Positions 8,383 through 15,926 of a stretch of 32,000 bases of DNA are shown here, one piece after another. Position numbers and translations under genes: made by a program. The stretch lies in the NCBI GenBank assembly GCA_023418915.1, contig JAEZYU010000119.1, positions 66,212 to 98,211 on the forward strand, in the 5' to 3' direction. The DNA is from Bacillota bacterium (lineage in GTDB: Bacteria; Bacillota; Clostridia; Acetivibrionales; DTU013). Position 1 is the stretch's first letter. Each line of letters opens with the position of its first letter. A model generated the notes under the pieces. The model was not told the DNA's origin. It was given only the letters and a program-made list of their open reading frames with translations, and made no database searches.

Positions 8383-9024
8383 TTATCCTTTCAATGCTAG
8401 GAATGCGTCGTGAAGAGCTTCGCATTCATTATCGCTCATAATGATGACTATTACGTCATCAATGCTGTCCACTATTACGTTTTTAGGATCTACGCCAACA
8501 CAGACCCATTTTTGGGGATCAACATTTTCTTTGATCTCCTTTTTTGTTTTTTCAATATCAGCGCCTTCCTTCACGCGAACAAGCGTAAGCTCATAGGCTG
8601 AAGGCATCATTATTGGCTCTGATGCCAGCGCTTCTTCATATTCTATACCGTCCTTGCCAAGATAATACGCAGTTCTTTCTTCGGTGACTTCGGTGGTCTG
8701 AAGCCCTGTTTTCATGTATTCCTTAAAATTATTGCTGCAGTCGGCAGTTTCATATATTTTTTCCAAAATGCCTTCAAGGCTTCCTGAAAGTACAGATCCG
8801 ATATCAGGCGCTTCCTCATTTTCGTTTTGTCCGGGTGTTTGTGTATCCTGCTCCGAATCCGGTGTTTCGGATGGATCAGGATTTTCTGTGCTCTGATCAG
8901 GATCGGCCGGCTCTTCGGTTCCCGCCGGGTCAGGTGTAATATCAGAGTCAGCCGGCTTTGCTCCGCATGCGGTGATACTGAGTAGTAAAATTACTGTGAT
9001 GCCTAAAATAAAAAGTCTTTTCAT
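8383..9024 (-). CDS. Lipoprotein, DUF4358-like
   Basis: A signal peptide with lipobox is present (LLLSITAC). An acidic Pro/Glu/Asp-rich linker leads to a C-terminal domain ending in LTLVRVKEGADIEKTKKEI...IIMSDNECEALHDAF, typical of DUF4358 proteins that accompany MBOAT/DHHW pairs. Confidence 0.75.
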   Translation of the reverse strand: MKRLFILGITVILLLSITACGAKPADSDITPDPAGTEEPADPDQSTENPDPSETPDSEQDTQTPGQNENEEAPDIGSVLSGSLEGILEKIYETADCSNNFKEYMKTGLQTTEVTEERTAYYLGKDGIEYEEALASEPIMMPSAYELTLVRVKEGADIEKTKKEIKENVDPQKWVCVGVDPKNVIVDSIDDVIVIIMSDNECEALHDAFLALKG

Positions 9025-9184
9025 TTGCTATAAGCTCCATTCTATTATGATTTTGTTTTTCACAATATATTGACGAGTGTAACAGCTGATCCGCTTCCTG
9101 TTGCTAAAAGAAATTTATGTTAACCTACCTGGCTTACCTACCCGGGCTGATTATTGGATCTTGTGGTAGTGACTGTTTTTGTAC

Positions 9185-9280
9185 TGCAATCGCACCAATG
9201 CAGCCATAACAACGCAGCCAGACCAACAGCCATAACGTCGTACCCAGACCAATGTAACCATATCAGCGCAACCAGACCGA
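9185..9280. repeat. Three to four degenerate tandem repeats of about 26-28 nt carrying CCAGACCAA cores, upstream of the XRE-AbrB regulator gene
   Basis: CAGCCATAACAACGCAGCCAGACCAA (9201-9226) and CAGCCATAACGTCGTACCCAGACCAA (9227-9252) match at about 22 of 26 positions. A weaker third unit ends in CCAGACCGA (9272-9280), and there is a partial unit upstream. Confidence 0.5.
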
Positions 9281-9347
9281 ACATTATTTGTATGTGGCAG
9301 TTGGTTTTATTTTATGGGTTTATGGTTTATCATATAGACAGAAAGGT

Positions 9348-9836
9348 ATGATAAGTATGAAAAATGACGATAATACGAAAAATTCAAAAAGTTGCATCGC
9401 CTCCAATATACGCCATCTGCGCAATATCAGCAGGCTTTCGCAGGAAGAGGTAGCTGAGAAGATCGGCATTACCCGGCAGGCTGTGGCAAAATGGGAAAAC
9501 GGCGATTCATTGCCTGATATCCTTAGCTGCGAGGCGATGGCCGATTTGTTTGACGTATCACTAAATGACCTGGTGCGTTATGATCCCGAACGGGAGGGAA
9601 TACCCATCCCGCCCAGGAACAAGCACATTTTTGGGACTGTAACTCTGGGGGAGAGAGGTCAGATCGTGCTGCCTAAAAAGGCCCGCGAAACATTTAGACT
9701 TCAGCCTGGAGACACACTGGTCGTTCTGGGAGACTCCAACCCGGCAACCGCAGGGATCGCACTAATCGACAGCAAGACCTTCCTGCGCATGACAGGTCAC
9801 GCTGTGGATGGTTTTCTCAAAGGCAAAGGAGGCTGA
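9348..9836 (+). CDS. XRE-family HTH transcriptional regulator fused to a SpoVT/AbrB-like domain
   Basis: The HTH_3 signature is NIRHLRNISRLSQEEVAEKIGITRQAVAKWENGDSLP. The C-terminal GTVTLGERGQIVLPKKARETFRLQPGDTLVVLGD is a swapped-hairpin AbrB-type motif. The start is uncertain between ATG 9348 and ATG 9357. Confidence 0.85.
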   Translation: MISMKNDDNTKNSKSCIASNIRHLRNISRLSQEEVAEKIGITRQAVAKWENGDSLPDILSCEAMADLFDVSLNDLVRYDPEREGIPIPPRNKHIFGTVTLGERGQIVLPKKARETFRLQPGDTLVVLGDSNPATAGIALIDSKTFLRMTGHAVDGFLKGKGG

Positions 9837-9841
9837 AAATT

Positions 9842-10588
9842 ATGAATGCATTGTCTGTGAAGGGACTTACGAAGCGTTATCCGCAATTTATACTGAGGGA
9901 TATTTCCTTTGCGCTGCCTCAGGGCAGGATTATGGGCTTGATCGGTAAAAACGGTGCAGGGAAAACTACAACATTGAAATCCATATTGAATTTAGTGCGT
10001 CCTGGTGCCGGAACGATCGAGATGTTTGGCCGGGATTTCTCAAAGAATGAGGAAAGCTGCAAACAGAATATCGGTGTGGTTTTGGGAGAAATCGACTTCT
10101 ACAGGCAAAAAAGGCTGACAGATATTACAGCCGTCACAAAACGTTTTTATGAAAGCTGGGATGAGGATGCCTACCAGAGGTATCTTCAAGCATTCTCTCT
10201 TGTTTCGGAGAAGCGGGTGAAAGAGCTGTCGTCTGGCATGAAAGTAAAGTATATGGTCGCATTGGCATTGTCCCATAATGCAAAGCTGCTGATTCTGGAT
10301 GAGCCAACGAGCGGGCTGGACCCGGTCTCCAGGGACGATCTTCTGAGGCTGTTTCGACAGTTGGTTAAGGATGGAGAAAGAAGCATCCTTTTTTCAACTC
10401 ACATCACCTCTGATTTGGAGAAATGCGCTGATGATATAACCTACATCAAGGATGGCGAACTGCTGAGAAGCGCCGAAAAATCTGAGTTCATTCAATCCTT
10501 CCAACACTTGAAGGAAGCTGGAGAGAGCGGCGAATTATCGTTGGAGGAAATAATGATAAGAACAGAAAGGAGCAGCTATGATATCTAA
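9842..10588 (+). CDS. ABC transporter ATP-binding protein
   Basis: Walker A is GKNGAGKTT, the signature is LSSGMKVK and Walker B is LLILDEP. AAGGAGG RBS is present. Confidence 0.93.
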   Translation: MNALSVKGLTKRYPQFILRDISFALPQGRIMGLIGKNGAGKTTTLKSILNLVRPGAGTIEMFGRDFSKNEESCKQNIGVVLGEIDFYRQKRLTDITAVTKRFYESWDEDAYQRYLQAFSLVSEKRVKELSSGMKVKYMVALALSHNAKLLILDEPTSGLDPVSRDDLLRLFRQLVKDGERSILFSTHITSDLEKCADDITYIKDGELLRSAEKSEFIQSFQHLKEAGESGELSLEEIMIRTERSSYDI

Positions 10589-11222
10589 GCTTATATATAA
10601 GGAACTTCGACTGGCTGCACACCCCAATTTATTTATATTTACACTGCTTGGCGCATTGGTGATTGTTCCGGCATACCCTTACGGCATGGTGTTTTTGTTT
10701 GGCTGCCTTGGTCCATATATCACGTTTATGTATGGGCGTGAGACAAACGACATTTATTATACGGCTCTGCTACCTGTGAAAAAACGTGATACCGTAAAAG
10801 CAAAATGCCTTCTCATGGTTTTGGCACAGACGGCGCAGCTGTTGATTTCGCTGCCATTTGCCATACTTCGTATTTATGTATTGCCCAATGGCAATCCAGC
10901 AGGTATTGAAGCAAATGTTGCGTATTATGGCTTTGGTCTGATAATATATGCCGTATTTAATATGATTTTTCTGACCCGTTTTTTCAAAACGGCCTACAAG
11001 GTGGGTAAGGCGTTCATGCTTGCAGTTATACCCGCTGCCTTTCTGGTGCTTGTGATGGAAGTGCTTGTTCATTTTCCGGAATTCTACTGGCTTGACAGTA
11101 TCGAGCCTGTTGCCATGCGGCAGCAGCTGCCGATATTGGCCGCCGGTATAGTATTTTATGTAGCAGGGATGCTTGCAGCGTATCATATGTCGGCAAGGCG
11201 GTTTGAACAGGTTGACTTATGA
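10578..11222 (+). CDS. ABC-2 type transporter permease
   Basis: The protein has about 6 predicted TM segments. The gene overlaps the ATPase gene by 11 nt and has an AAAGGAG RBS. The XRE/GntR-ABC-ABC2 arrangement is typical. Confidence 0.75.
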   Translation: MISKLIYKELRLAAHPNLFIFTLLGALVIVPAYPYGMVFLFGCLGPYITFMYGRETNDIYYTALLPVKKRDTVKAKCLLMVLAQTAQLLISLPFAILRIYVLPNGNPAGIEANVAYYGFGLIIYAVFNMIFLTRFFKTAYKVGKAFMLAVIPAAFLVLVMEVLVHFPEFYWLDSIEPVAMRQQLPILAAGIVFYVAGMLAAYHMSARRFEQVDL

Positions 11223-11298
11223 GGTGCCAGGCACGACACATAGACACATATTATATCAAGGCAGCACGAATAAGTGTCTAAGTGTCGTGCCTGGCACC
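11223..11298. repeat. Palindromic intergenic element, copy 2
   Basis: The 30-nt arms are GGTGCCAGGCACGACACATAGACACATATT and AATAAGTGTCTAAGTGTCGTGCCTGGCACC, with 2 mismatches and a 16-nt loop. The element starts immediately after the permease stop codon and overlaps the last 7 codons of the amidase gene on the other strand. Confidence 0.85.
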
Positions 11299-12087
11299 AA
11301 AATATTGATCGACTCCGTCGGCAATTCCTGTTGCAAGCTTTTTTTGGTAGGCTTCGGTTGTTATTTTTTGTCTTTCCTCATCGTTGGAAAGATAACCTGC
11401 TTCGACCAGACAAGAGGGAATCAGTACTTCACGCGTAATAATGAGAGATGTATCAGAGTAGGTTCCCCGGTCTCTCGCCTGGGCAGATGATGCAACCGAC
11501 TGCTGAACATATTCGGCCAGCTCACTGCTGCGTGCATTAGTATGCGGGTTGAACCAGGTCTCAATACCATGGACACTGGTATCATCGTGCGAGTTTAAAT
11601 GAATGCTGATAAATAGATCTGCACCGCTTTCATTTGCCATTTTTGCCCTTTGCCTCAGAAGTATTTCTTTATCTTCTTCCCGTGTCATAAGCACTGTGTA
11701 ATTACGTCGAACCAGCTCATCTCTGAGCAGAAATGACAGCTCCAAAGTAACGTCCCTCTCAATGATGTCTCCATATACACAGCCGGGACTATCATCTCCG
11801 CCGTGACCCGGATCAAGAATGATATACCCTTTGGATATATCATTCGCCTTATCTTCAGTCGGAACTATTACTTGCTCATCTTCAGATGGCGGCAACGTCT
11901 CAAGACCTGCTTCTCTTTCATCAGAGGGAAACAAAAGTCCTGACACAGCCTTAACTAATAAAAAACATAAAACTGTAACGAGAATCAGACAGAGACATGA
12001 AAGGATAATCAAGCCGCGCCTGTTCAGCTTCCGCCGGCGCTTGACCAAATAAACCTTCTTTCGCTGTCTGTTCTGTTTTGTCACCAT
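11278..12087 (-). CDS. N-acetylmuramoyl-L-alanine amidase (Amidase_3 family), membrane-anchored
   Basis: ILDPGHGGDD, ERDVTLELSFLLRDEL, NESGADLFISIHLNS and EAGYLSNDEE are Amidase_3 motifs. The N-terminus has a basic stretch followed by a TM segment. AGGTGA RBS is present. Confidence 0.9.
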   Translation of the reverse strand: MVTKQNRQRKKVYLVKRRRKLNRRGLIILSCLCLILVTVLCFLLVKAVSGLLFPSDEREAGLETLPPSEDEQVIVPTEDKANDISKGYIILDPGHGGDDSPGCVYGDIIERDVTLELSFLLRDELVRRNYTVLMTREEDKEILLRQRAKMANESGADLFISIHLNSHDDTSVHGIETWFNPHTNARSSELAEYVQQSVASSAQARDRGTYSDTSLIITREVLIPSCLVEAGYLSNDEERQKITTEAYQKKLATGIADGVDQYFGARHDT

Positions 12088-12334
12088 TAAACTATCACCT
12101 GAACCATTAGTATACCAGTTGTATTGAAAATGTATTGATGAAGACGCTCCTTACTGTTCCGACAAAGCCTGATGCGGAAAATGAGAGAACCTTCACATTT
12201 AGAATAACACATAAATGACGACTTTTTGTCAAATAATTGTGAAAAAGTTGTAAAATTTTCTGTAAACCAAGGCACTTGGCAATTAGAGAGATAATAACGA
12301 ATGAGGCTGCAGTTATTCATCATATACTATCCCG

Positions 12335-12422
12335 GAGGTGTGTGAGAAACCTATCGCCTGCGGTGTGTGAGAAACCTCCCGCCTGCGGTGTGTGAGAAAA
12401 CCTCCCGCCTGCAGTGTATAGG
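12335..12422. repeat. Tandem repeat with a 25-26 nt unit, about 3.5 copies
   Basis: GGTGTGTGAGAAACCT occurs at 12337 and 12362, and with an extra A at 12387. The units are joined by CCGCCTGCGG mini-palindromes. The array lies between the 151-aa gene stop and the amidase promoter region. Confidence 0.8.
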
Positions 12423-12426
12423 AAAA

Positions 12427-12882
12427 TCATTCACTATAGCGTAATCTGTTGCCGAAGGAGTTCATCCTTTCGCTGGGTTCATATTTGGTTCGATGGCATT
12501 TGCCGTCCAGAAACAGAAAGGAGCCATAAGCGCCGACAGTGTGGATGATTCCGTCCTGCAGTGTGATCGTCGCCTGGACCAATTGCCCGGCATATTCCCG
12601 TCCGCTGTCATCTTCCCGGTAGACTACAAGACCCTTCAGAATTTCGCAAAGCTCTTCAATATCTTCCCTGTCAGTCAGATGAATCGTTATATCAGGAGGG
12701 ACAAGAAAAAATTCCGCAGATACGATTTCCTCTGGAGAAAGGTTTGCGAAGGGTCTGGTGCCCCATGGTCTCAGTATCAGTAAAAGAGCTGCTAAAATAA
12801 ATAGTGGAATGGAAAAATAAATCAATCGCTTATTTTTATTAGCTTTACTGGACGTATTGTTTTTGTTATTATCTCTATTCAA
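12427..12882 (-). CDS. Hypothetical single-pass membrane protein (151 aa)
   Basis: A basic, Asn/Lys-rich N-terminus is followed by a TM segment (LIYFSIPLFILAALLLIL) and a domain of about 100 aa. A TTG start overlaps the stop codon of the upstream 596-aa gene (TTGAATAG), with GGTGA 6 nt upstream. I recognise no family. Confidence 0.55.
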   Translation of the reverse strand: MNRDNNKNNTSSKANKNKRLIYFSIPLFILAALLLILRPWGTRPFANLSPEEIVSAEFFLVPPDITIHLTDREDIEELCEILKGLVVYREDDSGREYAGQLVQATITLQDGIIHTVGAYGSFLFLDGKCHRTKYEPSERMNSFGNRLRYSE

Positions 12883-14665
12883 ATTTCTTCACCGCCCGTA
12901 TTTCCAGATAATAGTGTTCAGTGGCAGGATCAAGAGAGACACTTGTCACGTTTTTCGGCAGGTCAAAGCCAAAATTCTGCCGGACTATTTCGATGAGCTC
13001 TGCGTTCGTCACCTCAGCGGACTGGTTATCAAAATCCAGGCTGCTTCCAAGGCGTGTGACCATATCGTAACCCTGTATTCCCATATTTTCAGAACCGGAA
13101 CATGCGTAGTCATGACTAGGGTTTTTATGAAGGTCTGCTGTGACGGTAATGCTCTCGCCGGCAGGGATCGTGACTGGAAATTCAAGATAAAACATGCGAT
13201 CAAGAACATACGCCTCTGAAATAATGTCATCCAGCCGGCCGTCCTGATAACGCTCGGTTATTGTGCCGGACAGAGGACCATGCAGGGTCATAAGTTCTGC
13301 AGCAGCGCCGGACACCATTTCCCAGGGCACTTCTGACGGAAGGCCTTCGCCTTGTCTGTACTGTGATGAAAATTCAATGATCAACCGATCTAAGACATCG
13401 GATAGCACTGCCTCGTAACTGGTGATAACACAGGATACGCCCTCAAGCTCATTGCCGCTTTCGGTGGCTCCGTTTTTGTACCCTTCCAAAGCATAGCTTC
13501 CGATATCATCGCCCAGCACGACCAGCAGCTTGCATTTCGAACGCATTGAAACACCGTCCGGCACAAAATAGCTGTAACGCCTGTAACCATTGTCATGCCA
13601 TTCTCCTCCTTCAAAACCGTATGTCAGGACAGTGGTCCTGCTGTTGTCAATAGTAAAGGAAATGGCTTGTGTCGCTGCCTGATATTGTTCAAGAGGCGCT
13701 TTGAAATCGGAAAACTCGTATACCGTTACTTTCTGGTCCAGCTTAGGGAAGGGGGACAAGGCATTTTTCTGATATCTTCCATCCTGCAGCAGATCCTGAT
13801 AATCCTCCCAATTGTCTATTTGCTTAATATTGATGCTGCCACCCGGATCATCCGCACCTGCGACTCCGGTAAATCCGCCGGAGTAGCAGCCTGGGTGCAG
13901 GATAGGCTGAACAGCTTTGCCGCCTGTGGTTATAGCAGGCTGAAGCTTTGCCAGATCAACAAAGCTGCCTGCGAATGGGTAGAGCCCATTTACTGTGACA
14001 TCTCGATCTGTATGGTTTGAGAGGGTGTAGCTGTCCCGAACGTGTGCACCCCATACAGTCCTGTAATCTTCAGGGGGGCGTGAAAAATCATAGGAAATAT
14101 TGCGGTCTGCGGTGATACCATCCTGTGCTTCTGTTAGTGTCAAGGGAAACACAGGACCGGCATAGGACATGAATGTGGTACTGCCCTCCGGATGTCCGCT
14201 GCCTCCGCTGCCTGCGCTACCGGCATTTCCATCGCTCTCGCTGCCTGTTCTGCCTCCATATGGAAACAGACCACTCCAAAGCATAATGCCGCCAAGGCTT
14301 ACTGCCAAAATGGCACAAGCGGCTATCGCACCCCATGCCTTAAGCTTAGTACCGGCAGCAGCCGTACACCGCGCTTTCCATTTGGTGTGAGCGGCTGTTA
14401 CATGTGTTGCTTTTGGTTCAGTATCCTCAGATGTTCTATGCGATACCTTCGGTTTAGTACGAGAGGTTATCAAATCCCATAACCTCCGTTTTGTTCGAGT
14501 TGCTGCCCTGTGCGGTGTCTTCTCATTTATATTGTGTGCAATTGTATTCCATGCTTTCGATTCTGTGCTGGCAGCTTGAATATTTGAATCCTGTGACTGT
14601 TCTATCAGATCGTCGCGTATGTCTGTGATAGCATAAAGCAGCTTCATTTCCTGTTCACGGCTCAT
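12875..14665 (-). CDS. Putative anti-sigma factor-like single-pass membrane protein with a large uncharacterised extracytoplasmic domain (596 aa)
   Basis: An ATGA start/stop overlap links it to the ECF sigma gene, and an AAAGGGGTGG RBS is present. The N-terminal LLYAITDIRDDLIEQ resembles Clostridial anti-sigma N-termini. A basic linker, a TM segment (AIAACAILAVSLGGIMLW), a Gly/Ser linker and about 440 aa of unknown fold follow. Confidence 0.7.
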   Translation of the reverse strand: MSREQEMKLLYAITDIRDDLIEQSQDSNIQAASTESKAWNTIAHNINEKTPHRAATRTKRRLWDLITSRTKPKVSHRTSEDTEPKATHVTAAHTKWKARCTAAAGTKLKAWGAIAACAILAVSLGGIMLWSGLFPYGGRTGSESDGNAGSAGSGGSGHPEGSTTFMSYAGPVFPLTLTEAQDGITADRNISYDFSRPPEDYRTVWGAHVRDSYTLSNHTDRDVTVNGLYPFAGSFVDLAKLQPAITTGGKAVQPILHPGCYSGGFTGVAGADDPGGSINIKQIDNWEDYQDLLQDGRYQKNALSPFPKLDQKVTVYEFSDFKAPLEQYQAATQAISFTIDNSRTTVLTYGFEGGEWHDNGYRRYSYFVPDGVSMRSKCKLLVVLGDDIGSYALEGYKNGATESGNELEGVSCVITSYEAVLSDVLDRLIIEFSSQYRQGEGLPSEVPWEMVSGAAAELMTLHGPLSGTITERYQDGRLDDIISEAYVLDRMFYLEFPVTIPAGESITVTADLHKNPSHDYACSGSENMGIQGYDMVTRLGSSLDFDNQSAEVTNAELIEIVRQNFGFDLPKNVTSVSLDPATEHYYLEIRAVKKFE

Positions 14666-15234
14666 ATTGCCACCCCTTTCTCTGTCAAATAAGCTCTAAG
14701 ACTATTGCGCAGGCGGAACATGCGTCCGGCCAGCTTATTTGGAGTAGTGCCGCATAGGGCGGATAGTGTTTGCAGCGCCTCGCCATTCCAATATCTGCGT
14801 ACAAAAAGAAGCCTGTCCTGTGCGGAAAGTGTATCAAGCCAATCACTGATGTACATTGAAAGCTTCTGCGTTTCAAATATTTCATCTGTTGTTTTTGCAT
14901 CGGGAACACAGTCGGAAAGCTCGGAAAGAAGCACTTCAACTCCCGCATAACGTTTACCGGCATGTTTATAATGCCAGCGGTTGATTGAAATGTTACGCAC
15001 TATCCTACCCAGCCATGCACGAAATGCAGTGGGCTTTTCGGGCGGTATGGCATTCCAGACTTTTTGATAGGTGTCGCTGACGCATTCCTCGGCATCCTCC
15101 GAAACAGTTAGAATATTCATGGCAAGACTGTAGCAGAACCTGCCGTATTTGTGATCGGTCTCCAGAATCGCCGCTTCGTTGCGTTTCCAGTAAAGGGCGA
15201 TAATTATGTCGTCTTCTATTTCAACCCACCTCAC
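14662..15234 (-). CDS. RNA polymerase sigma-70 factor, ECF subfamily
   Basis: Region 2 reads YWKRNEAAILETDHKYGRFCYSLAMNIL...DTYQKVWNAIP. Region 4 reads LSAQDRLLFVRRYWNGEALQTLSALCGTTPNKLAGRMFRLRNSL. The GTG start at 15234 has no convincing RBS, so the exact start is uncertain. Confidence 0.88.
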   Translation of the reverse strand: MRWVEIEDDIIIALYWKRNEAAILETDHKYGRFCYSLAMNILTVSEDAEECVSDTYQKVWNAIPPEKPTAFRAWLGRIVRNISINRWHYKHAGKRYAGVEVLLSELSDCVPDAKTTDEIFETQKLSMYISDWLDTLSAQDRLLFVRRYWNGEALQTLSALCGTTPNKLAGRMFRLRNSLRAYLTEKGVAI

Positions 15235-15466
15235 AGTACATACTTAGTTTGTTAGCTCATGATCAACTGCTTCCTTCGACGATAAAAGGGTCAGCCCCGC
15301 CTGCTTCCTGATACCCATAAACTACCCTTACCTATATAGACAGGAAAAAACACCAGATATTCGCCTCTTGGTTTTATTTTACTACATTTTTTATAGTGAG
15401 GTTGCGCAATTCAATTCATGTATTACTCTACATGTATTTCTCTATGTAAAAAAACCGACGAAATTC

Positions 15467-15520
15467 TTGACTACGCCAGACTATTGTGATAGTCTGTTAT
15501 TGTACTATTGCAATAGTCTG
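15467..15520 (+). promoter_or_regulatory. Candidate promoter (TTGACT) and two dyad operators upstream of the BlaI-type repressor gene
   Basis: TTGACT lies at 15467-15472. Dyad 1 is CAGACTAT-TGTG-ATAGTCTG (15477-15496). Dyad 2 is the perfect 14-bp palindrome ACTATTGCAATAGT (15504-15517). Both dyads share the half-site ACTATTG/ATAGT. The region ends 12 nt before the TTG start. Confidence 0.5.
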
Positions 15521-15532
15521 GGGGGTGACATC

Positions 15533-15913
15533 TTGAGCACGGAGAAGAAATTCAAGTTATTTGACGGAGAGCTGAAGCTGATGGAACTGCTGTGGTCAAA
15601 CGAGGGTGCAACTGCTAAAGAACTGGCAATGCTGGCGTCAGAAAAAATAGGCTGGAACAGGAATACCACATATACAGTGATCAGAAAGCTTGTTGACAAA
15701 GGAGTAATAGAGCGCTCGGAGCCTGATTTTGTATGCCGCAGCCTTATAACCCGCAAAGAAGTGGGGCGGGATGAGGCTAAAAAAGTACTCCGTTCATTTT
15801 TTGGAGGATCAGCTAAAACGCTGTTTTCATCCTTTATGGCAGACGGCATATTATCTCCCGGGGAGGTCGAAGAACTCAGAAAACTGATCGATGAACATGG
15901 GCGGAAAAGGTGA
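15533..15913 (+). CDS. BlaI/MecI/CopY family transcriptional repressor
   Basis: ELKLMELLWSNEGATAKELAMLASEKIGWNRNTTYTVIRKLVDKGVIER is the winged-helix penicillinase-repressor signature. A TTG start at 15533 follows GGGGGTGA; the longer ORF from 15368 has no RBS and a junk-like N-terminus. Confidence 0.85.
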   Translation: MSTEKKFKLFDGELKLMELLWSNEGATAKELAMLASEKIGWNRNTTYTVIRKLVDKGVIERSEPDFVCRSLITRKEVGRDEAKKVLRSFFGGSAKTLFSSFMADGILSPGEVEELRKLIDEHGRKR

Positions 15914-15926
15914 GGGAGTGTTGTTT

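Noticed and set aside
9154-9351. A 65-aa ORF covering the CCAGACCAA repeats
   Set aside because: The translation is just the repeat read through (…NNAARPTAITSYPDQCNHISATRPN…). It has no RBS and runs into the real start region of the regulator gene.
11173-11490. A 105-aa plus-strand ORF across palindromic element copy 2, and the extended N-terminus of the ORF at 20978-21985
   Set aside because: Both arise from reading through the palindromic repeat (…VPGTTHRH…, MSCQAPY…). The real genes have internal starts with good RBSs or lie on the other strand.
12335-12422. Possible CRISPR array
   Set aside because: The repeats are directly abutting 25-26 nt units with no unique spacers, there are only about 3.5 copies, and no cas genes are present. 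It is a simple tandem repeat.
15241-15315. A 24-codon minus-strand ORF (MGIRKQAGLTLLSSKEAVDHELTN) upstream of the ECF sigma gene, behind AAGGG
   Set aside because: It is too short, I cannot judge its conservation, and nothing distinguishes it from chance. It may only mark the sigma-gene leader.
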